A stretch of 40,821 nt of DNA from Actinomycetota bacterium (GTDB lineage: Bacteria > Actinomycetota > Acidimicrobiia > Acidimicrobiales > Microtrichaceae): positions 1 to 40,821 of the forward strand of contig SXMI01000035.1 of NCBI GenBank assembly GCA_005777415.1, read 5' to 3'. The position numbers and the translations under genes are program-made. A model generated the notes under the pieces. The model made no database searches. It was not told the DNA's origin and saw nothing but the letters and a program-made list of their open reading frames with translations. Positions 25,814 through 34,082 of this stretch are shown here, piece by piece; within the stretch, counting starts at the first letter, position 1; each line of letters begins with the position of its first letter.

Positions 25814-25903
25814 GCTCGGCGACGGGTGATTGCTCGGCGAGGTGTCAGGGCTCGGCGAGGTGTCAGGGCTCGGCGAGGTGTCAGGGCTCGGCGACGGGAC
25901 GGC
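25814..25903. repeat. 18-bp tandem repeat: three perfect copies of GCTCGGCGAGGTGTCAGG flanked by two degenerate copies
   Basis: The perfect units are 25832-25849, 25850-25867 and 25868-25885. The degenerate units are 25814-25831 and 25886-25903. The array lies between the convergent lepB and GDPD genes and overlaps the GDPD stop. Confidence 0.85.
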
Positions 25904-26615
25904 CCGAGGCGGCGTCGACCATCCGGTCGACGTGATCGGAGTAGAGCCCGTCGACCCACCAGTCCAGGAGCTGGTGCAGCGTCCGGCCGTGCTGGGCGTC
26001 CCAGCCCAGCACCCGGCGCTGGAACCTGCGGTAGAGGGCGATGCGACCCGGGTTCCACTCGCTGTGGTGCAGGTTGACGGCGTCGACGGCCGCCGCACGC
26101 AGATCGGCGGCGTGCCGTTCGCAGCCGCCGTCGAGCAGACCGACGAACGTGGAGTGCACCAGCACCGAACCGGGGCAGTCCGGGCGCCAGCCGGCGAGCG
26201 TGGCGAGGTCGTCGTGGCACAGCCACAGCTGAGCCGTGGCCCCGTGCGCCTCGGCCACCTCGAGTGTCGGTCCGAATGCGGCGGCGTCCTTGACGTCCAG
26301 GGACAGCGGCAGGTCGGCCCCCACCGTCCGGTAGAGCTCCTCGAGCGACGGGATGTGGTCGGGGAGCGCCGACCGGTCCACCGAGGCGATGGGGCGCCGA
26401 CGCAGCCGTCCCCCGACGACCCCGTCGTGGTCGAGCACGGCGACGCCGTCGGCGGTCACCCAGACGTCGCTCTCGAGGCCGGTCGCGCCCAGTCGCACGG
26501 CCAGCTCGAAGGCGGCGAGGGTGTTCTCCCGCTCGTGGGCCCGCGCCCCCCGATGGGCGAAGAGCACGGTCCGGCGGCCAGCGTTCGGTAGCGTCACCGG
26601 GAGAGTGTGCCGCAT
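25881..26615 (-). CDS. Glycerophosphodiester phosphodiesterase (GDPD family)
   Basis: The sequence is VLFAHRGARAHERENTLAAFELAVRLGATGLESDVWVTADGVAVLDHDG. The ATG at 26615 lies within track ORF 25881..27128, giving 244 aa. The start is uncertain. Confidence 0.8.
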   Translation of the reverse strand: MRHTLPVTLPNAGRRTVLFAHRGARAHERENTLAAFELAVRLGATGLESDVWVTADGVAVLDHDGVVGGRLRRRPIASVDRSALPDHIPSLEELYRTVGADLPLSLDVKDAAAFGPTLEVAEAHGATAQLWLCHDDLATLAGWRPDCPGSVLVHSTFVGLLDGGCERHAADLRAAAVDAVNLHHSEWNPGRIALYRRFQRRVLGWDAQHGRTLHQLLDWWVDGLYSDHVDRMVDAASGRPVAEP

Positions 26616-26756
26616 GCCGCCGGGGCCCGGGGATCCCTGGGCGGGGTGGGGATCGGGGCCCGTGCCCCCGGGGTTCCGGGTTCTCGAAGGTTTTTTGTCA
26701 ACCCGTCGGTGGTGGCGTCCGTTAACACCGGGGCACGAAGGGAACGGAGCATCCAC

Positions 26757-27089
26757 ATGGCACTGATCAAGGCAACGTGCAGCGACTGCGGCGACGTCGA
26801 GCTGCGCTCGAAGGACCTGACGGTCCGGATCTGTGAGGACACCTCCGAGGCCACGTACTCGTTCCGTTGTCCGGTCTGCCGCATGGTCGAGGTTCGAACC
26901 GCTGAGGAGCACATCGTCGACGTCCTCCTCGCTGCGGGCGTGCGCTGCACCGAGTGGCACCTGCCGGCGGAGCTCCGGGAGCCGCACCGGGGACCGGCGA
27001 TCTGCCACGACGACGTCCTCGACTTCCACGACGTCCTGGAGCGCCCCGACTGGTTCGAGACCCTGGCGTCGATGACGCCGAGGAGCTGA
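26757..27089 (+). CDS. Hypothetical zinc-ribbon protein (CxxC...CxxC), 110 aa
   Basis: The sequence is MALIKATCSDCGDVELRSKDLTVRICEDTSEATYSFRCPVCRMVEV... The ATG has GGAACGGAG upstream. It lies in frame at the end of track ORF 26607..27089. Confidence 0.55.
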   Translation: MALIKATCSDCGDVELRSKDLTVRICEDTSEATYSFRCPVCRMVEVRTAEEHIVDVLLAAGVRCTEWHLPAELREPHRGPAICHDDVLDFHDVLERPDWFETLASMTPRS

Positions 27090-27090
27090 G

Positions 27091-27285
27091 GTGACCCCGG
27101 TCCTGATCGCCTGCTGCCTGCTGGTCACGGCGTCGGCCGCAGCGGTGCTGTCGGGCTCGGCGCGGCGGATTCGCTCGGCTGTGGACTCCGTACGGACCGG
27201 GACGCACCACGTCGGGTTCCATCACGAACTGCGTCTGGACGCCCGCCGACTGGGCGCTGCACTCGACGATCGCTCCGACCGGTAG
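27091..27285 (+). CDS. Possible small membrane protein (64 aa)
   Basis: The GTG lies 1 nt after the previous stop, with AGGAG 5 nt upstream. The N-terminus has a hydrophobic helix (VLIACCLLVTASAAAVL). The coding evidence is weak. Confidence 0.3.
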   Translation: MTPVLIACCLLVTASAAAVLSGSARRIRSAVDSVRTGTHHVGFHHELRLDARRLGAALDDRSDR

Positions 27286-27288
27286 CAT
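27283..27288 (+). promoter_or_regulatory. Candidate -10 hexamer TAGCAT (leaderless tat promoter)
   Basis: TAGCAT-gcggcc-ATG(27295), a 6-nt spacer. Confidence 0.3.
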
Positions 27289-27294
27289 GCGGCC

Positions 27295-27744
27295 ATGGCC
27301 GGGAGCGGCCTGACCGGCTTCCTCCAGAACTTCGGCGGCGGGGAGATCCTGCTCATCGTGCTCGCCGCGCTCGTGATTCTGGGTCCCGACCGCCTCCCGG
27401 AGGCGGGACGCAGCATCGGGCGCGCGATCCACAAGGTGCGATCGATGTCCTCCGGGGTGGAGTCGCAGGTCCGGGACGTGATCGACGACCCGGCGATGCA
27501 GTCCATCCGTGAGCTCGGCGAGTTCGCCGCCCGCCCGCGTCAGAAGCTGGCCCAGTACGCCCTCGAGGCCGAGGCCGAGGCCCGGGCCGGCACGCAGGCC
27601 GCAGCACCGGTCACCCAGACGGCTCCAGGCGCGGAGCCGGTGACCCAGCCGGCTCCCGCCGCCGAGCCGGGGACGGCCGCCGACCGGGAAACCGGCGACG
27701 CCGCCCCGGACGGTCCGCCCACGAGCGAGCCCGAGAGCGTCTGA
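27295..27744 (+). CDS. Twin-arginine translocase TatA/TatB-family subunit (149 aa, TatB-like length)
   Basis: The sequence is FGGGEILLIVLAALVILGPDRLPEAGRSIGRAIHKVR, followed by an amphipathic helix and an Ala/Pro/Glu-rich tail. It lies immediately upstream of tatC. Confidence 0.8.
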   Translation: MAGSGLTGFLQNFGGGEILLIVLAALVILGPDRLPEAGRSIGRAIHKVRSMSSGVESQVRDVIDDPAMQSIRELGEFAARPRQKLAQYALEAEAEARAGTQAAAPVTQTAPGAEPVTQPAPAAEPGTAADRETGDAAPDGPPTSEPESV

Positions 27745-27747
27745 CAC

Positions 27748-28563
27748 GTGGCGTCGGTCCTCAAGGGAGCTGAGCGGGACGCGGGGAACATGGCCCTCGG
27801 CGACCACCTGGCCGAGTTGCGGACCCGACTGCTCATCTGCGTCGGCACGATCGTCGTCATGATGATCCCGGCCTGGTTCCTCTACCCGTGGATCACCGAC
27901 GTCCTCAACCAGCCCTACTGCGACGCCGTCCGCAACGTGGAACCCGAGGCGAGCTGCAAGTTCCTCGAGACCAACCTGCTCGAGCCGTTCACCCTGCGAC
28001 TGCGCATCGCCGGGTACGGCGCCCTGTTCCTGGCCATGCCGGTGATGATGTGGCAGCTCTGGCGATTCGTCGCACCCGGCCTCTACAAGCGGGAGCGGCG
28101 CTACGCGCTGGCGTTCACCCTCTCCAGCCTGGCGCTGTTCGCCGCCGGCGCCGCCGTGGCCTACGTGACGCTGACCAAGGCTGTCGAGTTCCTCGTCACG
28201 CTCGGCGGGCCGGACGTGGAGATCCGCTCCGGGATCGGGAACTTCGTCAAGTTCTCCATGTTCATGATGTTGGCGTTCGGGGTGGGCTTCCAGTTCCCCG
28301 TGCTGGTCGTCGCCCTCCAGATGGTCGGCGTGGTCACCCCCCAGCGGCTGGCGTCCTGGCGACGACAGATCATCGTGGGCATCGTGATCATCGCGGCCGG
28401 GATCACACCGAGTGGCGACCCGATCTCCATGCTGGCGCTGGCGGTCCCCATGTACCTGTTCTTCGAGCTGAGCCTGCTCCTCGGCCGCCTGTTCCTCTGG
28501 CGCCGGGCCCGCAGGGAGGGTGCGCCCGAGACCGAGCCCGCATCCGTCGACCCGACGCCGTGA
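27748..28563 (+). CDS. tatC: Twin-arginine translocase subunit TatC
   Basis: It has LGDHLAELRTRLL and six TM helices. The alternative ATG at 27790 (MALGDHL) is equally plausible. Confidence 0.9.
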   Translation: MASVLKGAERDAGNMALGDHLAELRTRLLICVGTIVVMMIPAWFLYPWITDVLNQPYCDAVRNVEPEASCKFLETNLLEPFTLRLRIAGYGALFLAMPVMMWQLWRFVAPGLYKRERRYALAFTLSSLALFAAGAAVAYVTLTKAVEFLVTLGGPDVEIRSGIGNFVKFSMFMMLAFGVGFQFPVLVVALQMVGVVTPQRLASWRRQIIVGIVIIAAGITPSGDPISMLALAVPMYLFFELSLLLGRLFLWRRARREGAPETEPASVDPTP

Positions 28564-31193
28564 CGGGTCCCGCCGACGGGCCCCGACGGATCCGTCACGA
28601 CTTCCCGCTCGACGACTTCCAGGTCCGGGCGATGGAGGCCCTGGACCGGGGCGAGAACGTGCTGGTGAGCGCCCCGACCGGCTCGGGCAAGACGGTGGTC
28701 GCGCAGCACGCCGTGAACCTGGCGCTCGACGAGGGGTTGCGGGTGGCGTACACCGCGCCCATCAAGGCGCTGAGCAACCAGGTCCACCGGGACCTCGTCG
28801 CCCAACTCGGCCGGGAGGAGGTGGGACTGCTGACCGGCGACCACTCCGTCCAGGCCGACGCCCCGGTCGTCGTCATGACCACCGAGGTCCTCCGGAACAT
28901 GATCTACGCCCGGTCCGGCGGACTGGACTCGCTCCGCTGGATCGTGCTCGACGAGGTCCACTTCCTCCAGGACGCGTACCGCGGCCCCGTCTGGGAGGAG
29001 GTCCTGGTCCACGCTCCCCCGGGGATCGGATTCGTGTGCCTGTCCGCGACCGTCTCGAACGCCGACGAGCTGGGCGAGTGGATCCGGACGCTCCGGGGGC
29101 CCACGACGACGGTCGTGAGCCACGTGCGTCCGGTCGAGCTCGAGTCGCTGTACCTGGTGGGGGACCGGAGCGCACCCGAGGACCACCTCCTGCCGGTGCT
29201 GATCGACGATCGACCCAACGAGGTCGGCCGGCGTTTCGACGTCGAGGGACGCGACGGTCCCCGGGATCGAGGTCGATCACGCGGGCGTCAGGGGGACCGC
29301 CGCTTCCGGACGCCCCGGCGGATCGAGGTCGTGGAACGACTCGCCGCCGAGGGACTGTTGCCGTGCATCACCTTCGTGTTCAGCCGGGCCGGGTGCGACG
29401 ACGCGGCGCGGGCCTGTCTGGACGCCGGTGTCCGACTCACCGAGCCCGAGGAGCGCGCCGAGATCCGCCGCATCGCGGAGGAACGGACCGCCGAGCTCGG
29501 CGATCGTGACCTGGACGTCCTCGGTTTCGACACCTGGCTGGCGGCGCTGGAGGTCGGGGTGGCCTCGCACCACGCCGGCCTGGTCCCGGCGTTCCGCGAG
29601 GCCGTCGAGGCCTGCTTCGTGCGCGGGCTCGTCAAGGTGGTCTTCGCCACCGAGACGCTGGCGCTCGGGATCAACGTCCCGGCCCGATCCGTGGTGCTCG
29701 AACGGCTCAGCCGGTTCACCGGGGAGCACCACGAGTTCCTCTCGGCGGCGACCTTCACCCAGCTCACGGGCCGGGCCGGGCGGCGTGGGATCGACGACCG
29801 GGGCGCAGCCGTCGTCCTGTGGTCGCCGTTCGTGACCTTCGACCAGGTGGCACGACTCGCGGCGAGCCGGGACTATCCGCTGGTCTCCGCCTTCCGGCCC
29901 ACCTACAACATGGCTGCCAACCTGGTCGTCCGCTACGACCGGGACCAGGCCCTCGAGGTGCTCGGGCGGAGCTTCGCTCAGTTCCAGGCCGATCGAGCCT
30001 CGGTGCACCTGCGGCGGCGTCTCGACGAGGTGGCGCGGACGCTCGAGGAGCTGGGTCCCCTCGACGCGGCCGCCGAGTCCTACGTGGAACTGCACCAGCA
30101 GGTGGCCGAGCTGCGTTCCCGGCGCCGGAGCGGCCGACGGACGGTGCTGGACTCGCTCGCGGCGCTGGTCCCGGGCGACGTGGTGGAGCGTCCTGGCGAC
30201 CGGGGCGGCCGGCTGCTCGTCGTCCTGTCCGTCGCCAACCGGGCCCGGGGCGGCGTCCGGGTCCGCACCTGCACCCCCGGCGGAGTGGTCGTCTCGCTGC
30301 ACCAGCACAACGTCCGGGAGCCCATCGAGCCCGTCGCTCGGGTCGATCTGCCGGTCCCGTACGTCCCCGCCGACGAGGGGTTCCGGCGCGAGGCCGGAGC
30401 GCGGCTGCGTCGGGTGGACACCAGACGGACCCGGCGGCCGGGTCGGCGACGCGCCCCTCGGCCCGAGGATCGGGCGCACGCCGCAGCCCGGGCCGAGCTC
30501 GAGTCCCATCCGGTGCACGAGCGTGGCGATCGGGAGGAGGTGCTCGACCGGGCCCGGCGCCGCCGGGACGCACTGGGCCGGATGGCGCAGCTCGAACGGC
30601 AGCTCGAGCGCCGAGGGGGCGGGCTCACCGAGCAGCTCGACTCCATGGTGAGACTCCTCGAGTCGTACCGGCTGGTCGACGGGTGGGAGCTGACCGATGC
30701 CGGTGAGCGACTGCGGCGGACCTACCACGAGGCCGACCTGTTGGTCTGCCTGGCGATCGAGGACGGCCTGTTCGACGGCCTGGACCCGTCGTCCCTGGCC
30801 GCGCTGTGCAGTTGTCTGACCTACGAGCACCGCAGCGCCGAGGCGCCGCCGCCGCCACGGTTCCCCACCACGGCCGTCCGGGACCGCCACGATCGTCTCG
30901 TGCTGCTCTCGGAACAGCTCCGGGAGCGGGAGCAGGCCGTGGGACTCCCGACGACGCGCGGCGTCGATCCCGGATTCGTGGACATGGCCTACCGGTGGAC
31001 CAGCGGCGAGGACCTGGCGTCGGTCCTCGACGAGGAGACCACCGGCGGCGACTTCGTGCGGACCAGCCGGCAGCTCGTGGACCTGCTGCGCCAGGTGGCG
31101 ACGCTCACCTCCGACGCCGGGGCGCGAGCGGCGGCGCGCGAGGCGGTCGATGCGGTGCAACGTGGCGTCGTCGAGCCGGGCGAGCGGTCGTGA
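28560..31193 (+). CDS. helY: Ski2-like DEAD/DEAH-box RNA helicase HelY
   Basis: The GTG overlaps the tatC stop (GTGA). Motifs are APTGSGKT, DEVH, SAT, HHAGL and QLTGRAGRRG. Length is about 877 aa. Confidence 0.9.
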   Translation: MTGPADGPRRIRHDFPLDDFQVRAMEALDRGENVLVSAPTGSGKTVVAQHAVNLALDEGLRVAYTAPIKALSNQVHRDLVAQLGREEVGLLTGDHSVQADAPVVVMTTEVLRNMIYARSGGLDSLRWIVLDEVHFLQDAYRGPVWEEVLVHAPPGIGFVCLSATVSNADELGEWIRTLRGPTTTVVSHVRPVELESLYLVGDRSAPEDHLLPVLIDDRPNEVGRRFDVEGRDGPRDRGRSRGRQGDRRFRTPRRIEVVERLAAEGLLPCITFVFSRAGCDDAARACLDAGVRLTEPEERAEIRRIAEERTAELGDRDLDVLGFDTWLAALEVGVASHHAGLVPAFREAVEACFVRGLVKVVFATETLALGINVPARSVVLERLSRFTGEHHEFLSAATFTQLTGRAGRRGIDDRGAAVVLWSPFVTFDQVARLAASRDYPLVSAFRPTYNMAANLVVRYDRDQALEVLGRSFAQFQADRASVHLRRRLDEVARTLEELGPLDAAAESYVELHQQVAELRSRRRSGRRTVLDSLAALVPGDVVERPGDRGGRLLVVLSVANRARGGVRVRTCTPGGVVVSLHQHNVREPIEPVARVDLPVPYVPADEGFRREAGARLRRVDTRRTRRPGRRRAPRPEDRAHAAARAELESHPVHERGDREEVLDRARRRRDALGRMAQLERQLERRGGGLTEQLDSMVRLLESYRLVDGWELTDAGERLRRTYHEADLLVCLAIEDGLFDGLDPSSLAALCSCLTYEHRSAEAPPPPRFPTTAVRDRHDRLVLLSEQLREREQAVGLPTTRGVDPGFVDMAYRWTSGEDLASVLDEETTGGDFVRTSRQLVDLLRQVATLTSDAGARAAAREAVDAVQRGVVEPGERS

Positions 31194-31834
31194 GCATCCG
31201 TCGGGGGGCCGACTGGGGCCGCCCGGTCCGGGCGGCGGCCGGGGCGCAGGTGATCGGCAGCGACGCCGAGCTCGCCGCCGTCGTCGGCTCGTCGGATGGT
31301 TCCGGCGAACCCGGTGAGCTGATCGTGACCGGAGGCGACCTGCACCGGACCCTCGGGGCCCCGGACCGACGGGACGTGACGAACGCCGAGCTGGTCGCCT
31401 TCGAGATCGACCTGGTCCGAGGTGTGGGTGTCCGACCGGACGGAACGGAGGTGGCCCTCCTCGCCGTGGCCCACGTGGTCGGACTCCCGGTCTCGAGGCG
31501 ACGAGGCGTCGAGGCGCTCTGGAGGGGGCCGTCGTTCGTCGCGGCGAACGCGGCGTTCCTGGGCGAGGCCAACATCGGCCCGAGGGCGCATCCCGGCGAC
31601 GGCCTGCTCGATGTGTCGTGGGGCGAGCTGCCACGGCGCGACCTCCGGGCGGCCCGCTCACGGATGCGCACGGGTTCCCACCTGCCCCACCCGGCGATCG
31701 AGGAGCGTCGGGCGTCGTCGTGGTCCGCCCCGGAGGGCACTCGCTACATCGTGCTCTGCGACGGCGTGGAGGTCGGTGAGCTGCGTGAAATCCGTCTCAC
31801 CGTGGAGCCCGACGCCGTCGTGGTCGCCGTCTGA
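31190..31834 (+). CDS. Hypothetical protein, diacylglycerol/NAD-kinase-fold-like with a degenerate GGDG motif
   Basis: The GTG overlaps the helY stop (GTGA). LIVTGGDLHRTLG resembles GGDGT. HPGDGLLDV and CDGVEVGELREIRLTVEPDAVVVAV resemble the DAGK accessory domain. The function call is weak. Confidence 0.45.
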   Translation: MSIRRGADWGRPVRAAAGAQVIGSDAELAAVVGSSDGSGEPGELIVTGGDLHRTLGAPDRRDVTNAELVAFEIDLVRGVGVRPDGTEVALLAVAHVVGLPVSRRRGVEALWRGPSFVAANAAFLGEANIGPRAHPGDGLLDVSWGELPRRDLRAARSRMRTGSHLPHPAIEERRASSWSAPEGTRYIVLCDGVEVGELREIRLTVEPDAVVVAV

Positions 31835-31873
31835 GTCGGAGGTGGCTGGTTCCCGGGGGCCGACCACGCGACC

Positions 31874-32590
31874 ATGGTGGCGGTGAGCAGCATCCGGGAC
31901 GCCGAGCCGAGTGCCGATCCGAGGATCGAGTCGAGCGGGGCCGATGACGCCCAGCGGCGGCGGACCCGGGGTGTCGTGGTGGGGATCGCGGTGGCGGCCG
32001 CGTTGGTGGCGCTCGGTGGACTGGTCATCGGATCGATGCGGGACGGGTCGACGGCGAGCTGGTCGGGAACGGTGCTCGGCGAACCGGCCACGCTGCCGGA
32101 CGTCACCCTCACCGACACCGACGGTGAGCCGTTCAACCTGCGCGACGACTCGCTGGGGACGACGACGATCCTGATGTTCGGCTACACCTCGTGCCCGGAC
32201 GTCTGCCCCATCAACCTGGCGAGCCTCGGCTCCGCCCTGGAGCAGCTGGGCCCGAACCGGAGCAGCTCGGTGCGCGTCGTGTTCATCTCGGTCGACCCCG
32301 GCCGTGACCAGCCCGAGGTCGTCCGGTCCTACCTCGACCAGTTCGACCGCGACTTCGTCGGACTGAGCGGCGGTCCGGCGGACCTGCGCGCCGCCCAGGA
32401 GGGGGTGGGGGTCGAGCGGTCCGAGTTCGGCGCCACCGGCGAGGACGGCGGGTACGAGGTCGGCCACGCCTCGGCGATGTTCGTGTTCGGCCCCGACGGC
32501 ACGGCGCGGATCGTCTACCCGTTCGGCACCCGCCAGTCCGACTGGACCCGCGACCTGCCCCGGCTGCTCGACGGCGAGGTCCCGGCGTGA
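31874..32590 (+). CDS. SCO1/SenC family copper chaperone (thioredoxin fold)
   Basis: It has a TM anchor plus FGYTSCPDVCP (CxxxC), VFISVDPGRD and GHASAMFVFGPDG. Confidence 0.85.
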   Translation: MVAVSSIRDAEPSADPRIESSGADDAQRRRTRGVVVGIAVAAALVALGGLVIGSMRDGSTASWSGTVLGEPATLPDVTLTDTDGEPFNLRDDSLGTTTILMFGYTSCPDVCPINLASLGSALEQLGPNRSSSVRVVFISVDPGRDQPEVVRSYLDQFDRDFVGLSGGPADLRAAQEGVGVERSEFGATGEDGGYEVGHASAMFVFGPDGTARIVYPFGTRQSDWTRDLPRLLDGEVPA

Positions 32591-33174
32591 ACGCCCCGGG
32601 CGAGGACCGGCCGGGAGGGACCGTCGAGGCCGGTCGCAGTGACCCCGGCCCCAGTGACCCCGGCCGCACGAGCAGCGGTGACGCAGCGCACGCGGTCACC
32701 GGCCGCGGCCGGGCGTGGGCGCTGGGCCTGATCGCACTGGCCGTGGTCGCCGTCGGGGCGGCGTTGCTCGTCGGGATGCTCGGCGGCGACGACGGGGCAC
32801 CTCCACAGGTCTCGGCCTCGGAGGCGCGGGCCGGCGAGCGGGTCGGGACCACGGTCGCCGTCTACGTCACCCTCAGGAACACTGGCGGGGCCGACACGCT
32901 CGAACGCGCCAGTTCGCCCGACGCAGCACGGGTGCTGGTCCACGGGACCGACGAGGTGGGGATCATGCGCACCTCGCCCTCGCTCGAGGTGCCCGCCTCC
33001 ACGACGGTTCGCCTGGAGCCGGGTGGGACCCACCTGATGCTCGAGGGCGTCGGCCGGTCGCTGGCGCCCGGTGACACCGTGCCGGTCGCCCTGGAGTTCG
33101 ACCGGGGCGAGACCCTGCGGATCGAGGCCCCGGTGGTGCCGCTGGAGGATCTGCTCGAGGAGCCCCCCGGATGA
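32587..33174 (+). CDS. Copper chaperone PCu(A)C (DUF461) family
   Basis: The GTG overlaps the upstream stop (GTGA). The sequence is VYVTLRNTGGADTLERASSP...VHGTD...MR...GGTHLMLEG...GDTVPVALEF. Confidence 0.75.
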   Translation: MNAPGEDRPGGTVEAGRSDPGPSDPGRTSSGDAAHAVTGRGRAWALGLIALAVVAVGAALLVGMLGGDDGAPPQVSASEARAGERVGTTVAVYVTLRNTGGADTLERASSPDAARVLVHGTDEVGIMRTSPSLEVPASTTVRLEPGGTHLMLEGVGRSLAPGDTVPVALEFDRGETLRIEAPVVPLEDLLEEPPG

Positions 33175-34061
33175 GGTGGTGGTGCGTCGCGGTCGACGAG
33201 CGCTGGTCCTGGACCCCTCGTCCGTACCTGGGCGTGTGGCTGTTGTGCGGCACGCTGCTGGCGCTCTACGGCTGGGCGATCCGCTCGCACCGCCGACGGA
33301 ACCCCGAGGCCGTCGACGGCCGGGAGCGGCGACGCGCGGTCTGGTTCGTGCTGGGCGTCGTGTTCCTCTGGCTGGCCTCGGACTGGCCGGTCGGCAGTCT
33401 GGGTGCCGGCTACCTGTCCTCGGTGCACATGCTGCAGTACATGATCTACACGCTGGCGGCCGCGCCGCTCCTGGTCCTCGGGACGCCGTCCTGGATGCTC
33501 GAGCGGATGATGGAGCTGACCCGCAGCCGGGCCGCGGTGAGGGCGCTCAGTCGCCCGCTGGTGGCCGCGGTCCTGTTCAACGTCGTGCTCATCGCCACCC
33601 ACGCTCCCGTGACCGTCGACACCCTGCGCAGCACCCAGGTGGGGAACTTCGCCCTCGACATGGTGTGGCTCGCCTCGGGGTTCCTGCTCTGGATGCCCGT
33701 CATCAGCCCGATCCCGGAGTTCCGGGCCCGCTCCGCCCCGTCCCGACTCGTCTATCTCTTCTGCGCGGCGGCCCTGATCCCGATGATCCCGGGTGGGTTC
33801 ATCGCGTTCTCACCCCAGCCCCTCTACGGCACCTACGAGCTGGCCCCGAGGGTGGGCCCGTCCGCACTCGACGATCAGCAGATGGCCGGGGTCCTCATGA
33901 AGATCGGGAACCTTCCGGTCATCTGGGCCGTGATGGCGGTCATCTGGTTCCGCTGGTTCGACCGCGAGCAGCGGGCGAGTCGGGAGCGACGGGTCGCCCG
34001 TGGCCGGCCTCGGGTCGCCGCCGTCGCCGGTGGGGTGCCGCCCGCGCCGGACGATCGCTGA
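33171..34061 (+). CDS. ctaG: Cytochrome c oxidase assembly factor CtaG (caa3-type)
   Basis: The ATG overlaps the upstream stop (ATGA). It is a polytopic membrane protein with SVHMLQYMIYTLAAAPLLVLG and DQQMAGVLMKI motifs. Confidence 0.8.
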   Translation: MRWWCVAVDERWSWTPRPYLGVWLLCGTLLALYGWAIRSHRRRNPEAVDGRERRRAVWFVLGVVFLWLASDWPVGSLGAGYLSSVHMLQYMIYTLAAAPLLVLGTPSWMLERMMELTRSRAAVRALSRPLVAAVLFNVVLIATHAPVTVDTLRSTQVGNFALDMVWLASGFLLWMPVISPIPEFRARSAPSRLVYLFCAAALIPMIPGGFIAFSPQPLYGTYELAPRVGPSALDDQQMAGVLMKIGNLPVIWAVMAVIWFRWFDREQRASRERRVARGRPRVAAVAGGVPPAPDDR

Positions 34062-34070
34062 GCCGCCCCG

Positions 34071-34076
34071 TAGGGT
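34071..34076 (+). promoter_or_regulatory. Candidate -10 hexamer TAGGGT (leaderless)
   Basis: TAGGGT-gggtcc-ATG(34083), a 6-nt spacer. Confidence 0.3.
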
Positions 34077-34082
34077 GGGTCC

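Noticed and set aside
25814-25903. Possible CRISPR array
   Set aside because: The units are directly abutting 18-bp repeats with no spacers, and no cas genes are present.
25830-26591. + strand ORF beginning with a GEVSGL x3 peptide repeat
   Set aside because: The repeat is simply the 18-bp tandem array read on the other strand. The rest of the ORF lies antisense to a well-supported GDPD gene.
26695-26728. PafBC-type (RecA-NDp-like) promoter motif, because of TTGTCA close to the pafBC genes
   Set aside because: The remembered consensus is TGTCGGTG-N8-TANNNT. Here TTGTCAACC is not followed by a TANNNT hexamer at the required spacing, so the match is limited to four or five bases.
26891-26900. 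tRNA T-loop-like GGTTCGAACC
   Set aside because: It lies inside the zinc-ribbon CDS. No acceptor or anticodon stems can be drawn around it. It is just a short palindrome.
29277-31661. 794-aa minus-strand ORF. Similar long minus-strand ORFs occur at 19984..22095, 6266..7915, 10497..12005, 35119..36360 and 36473..37726.
   Set aside because: All lie antisense to + strand genes with clear motifs (helY, CocE/NonD, Lon-N/holin region, marP, M20, thyX-like). All have Arg/Pro/Gly-dominated composition with no recognisable domains.
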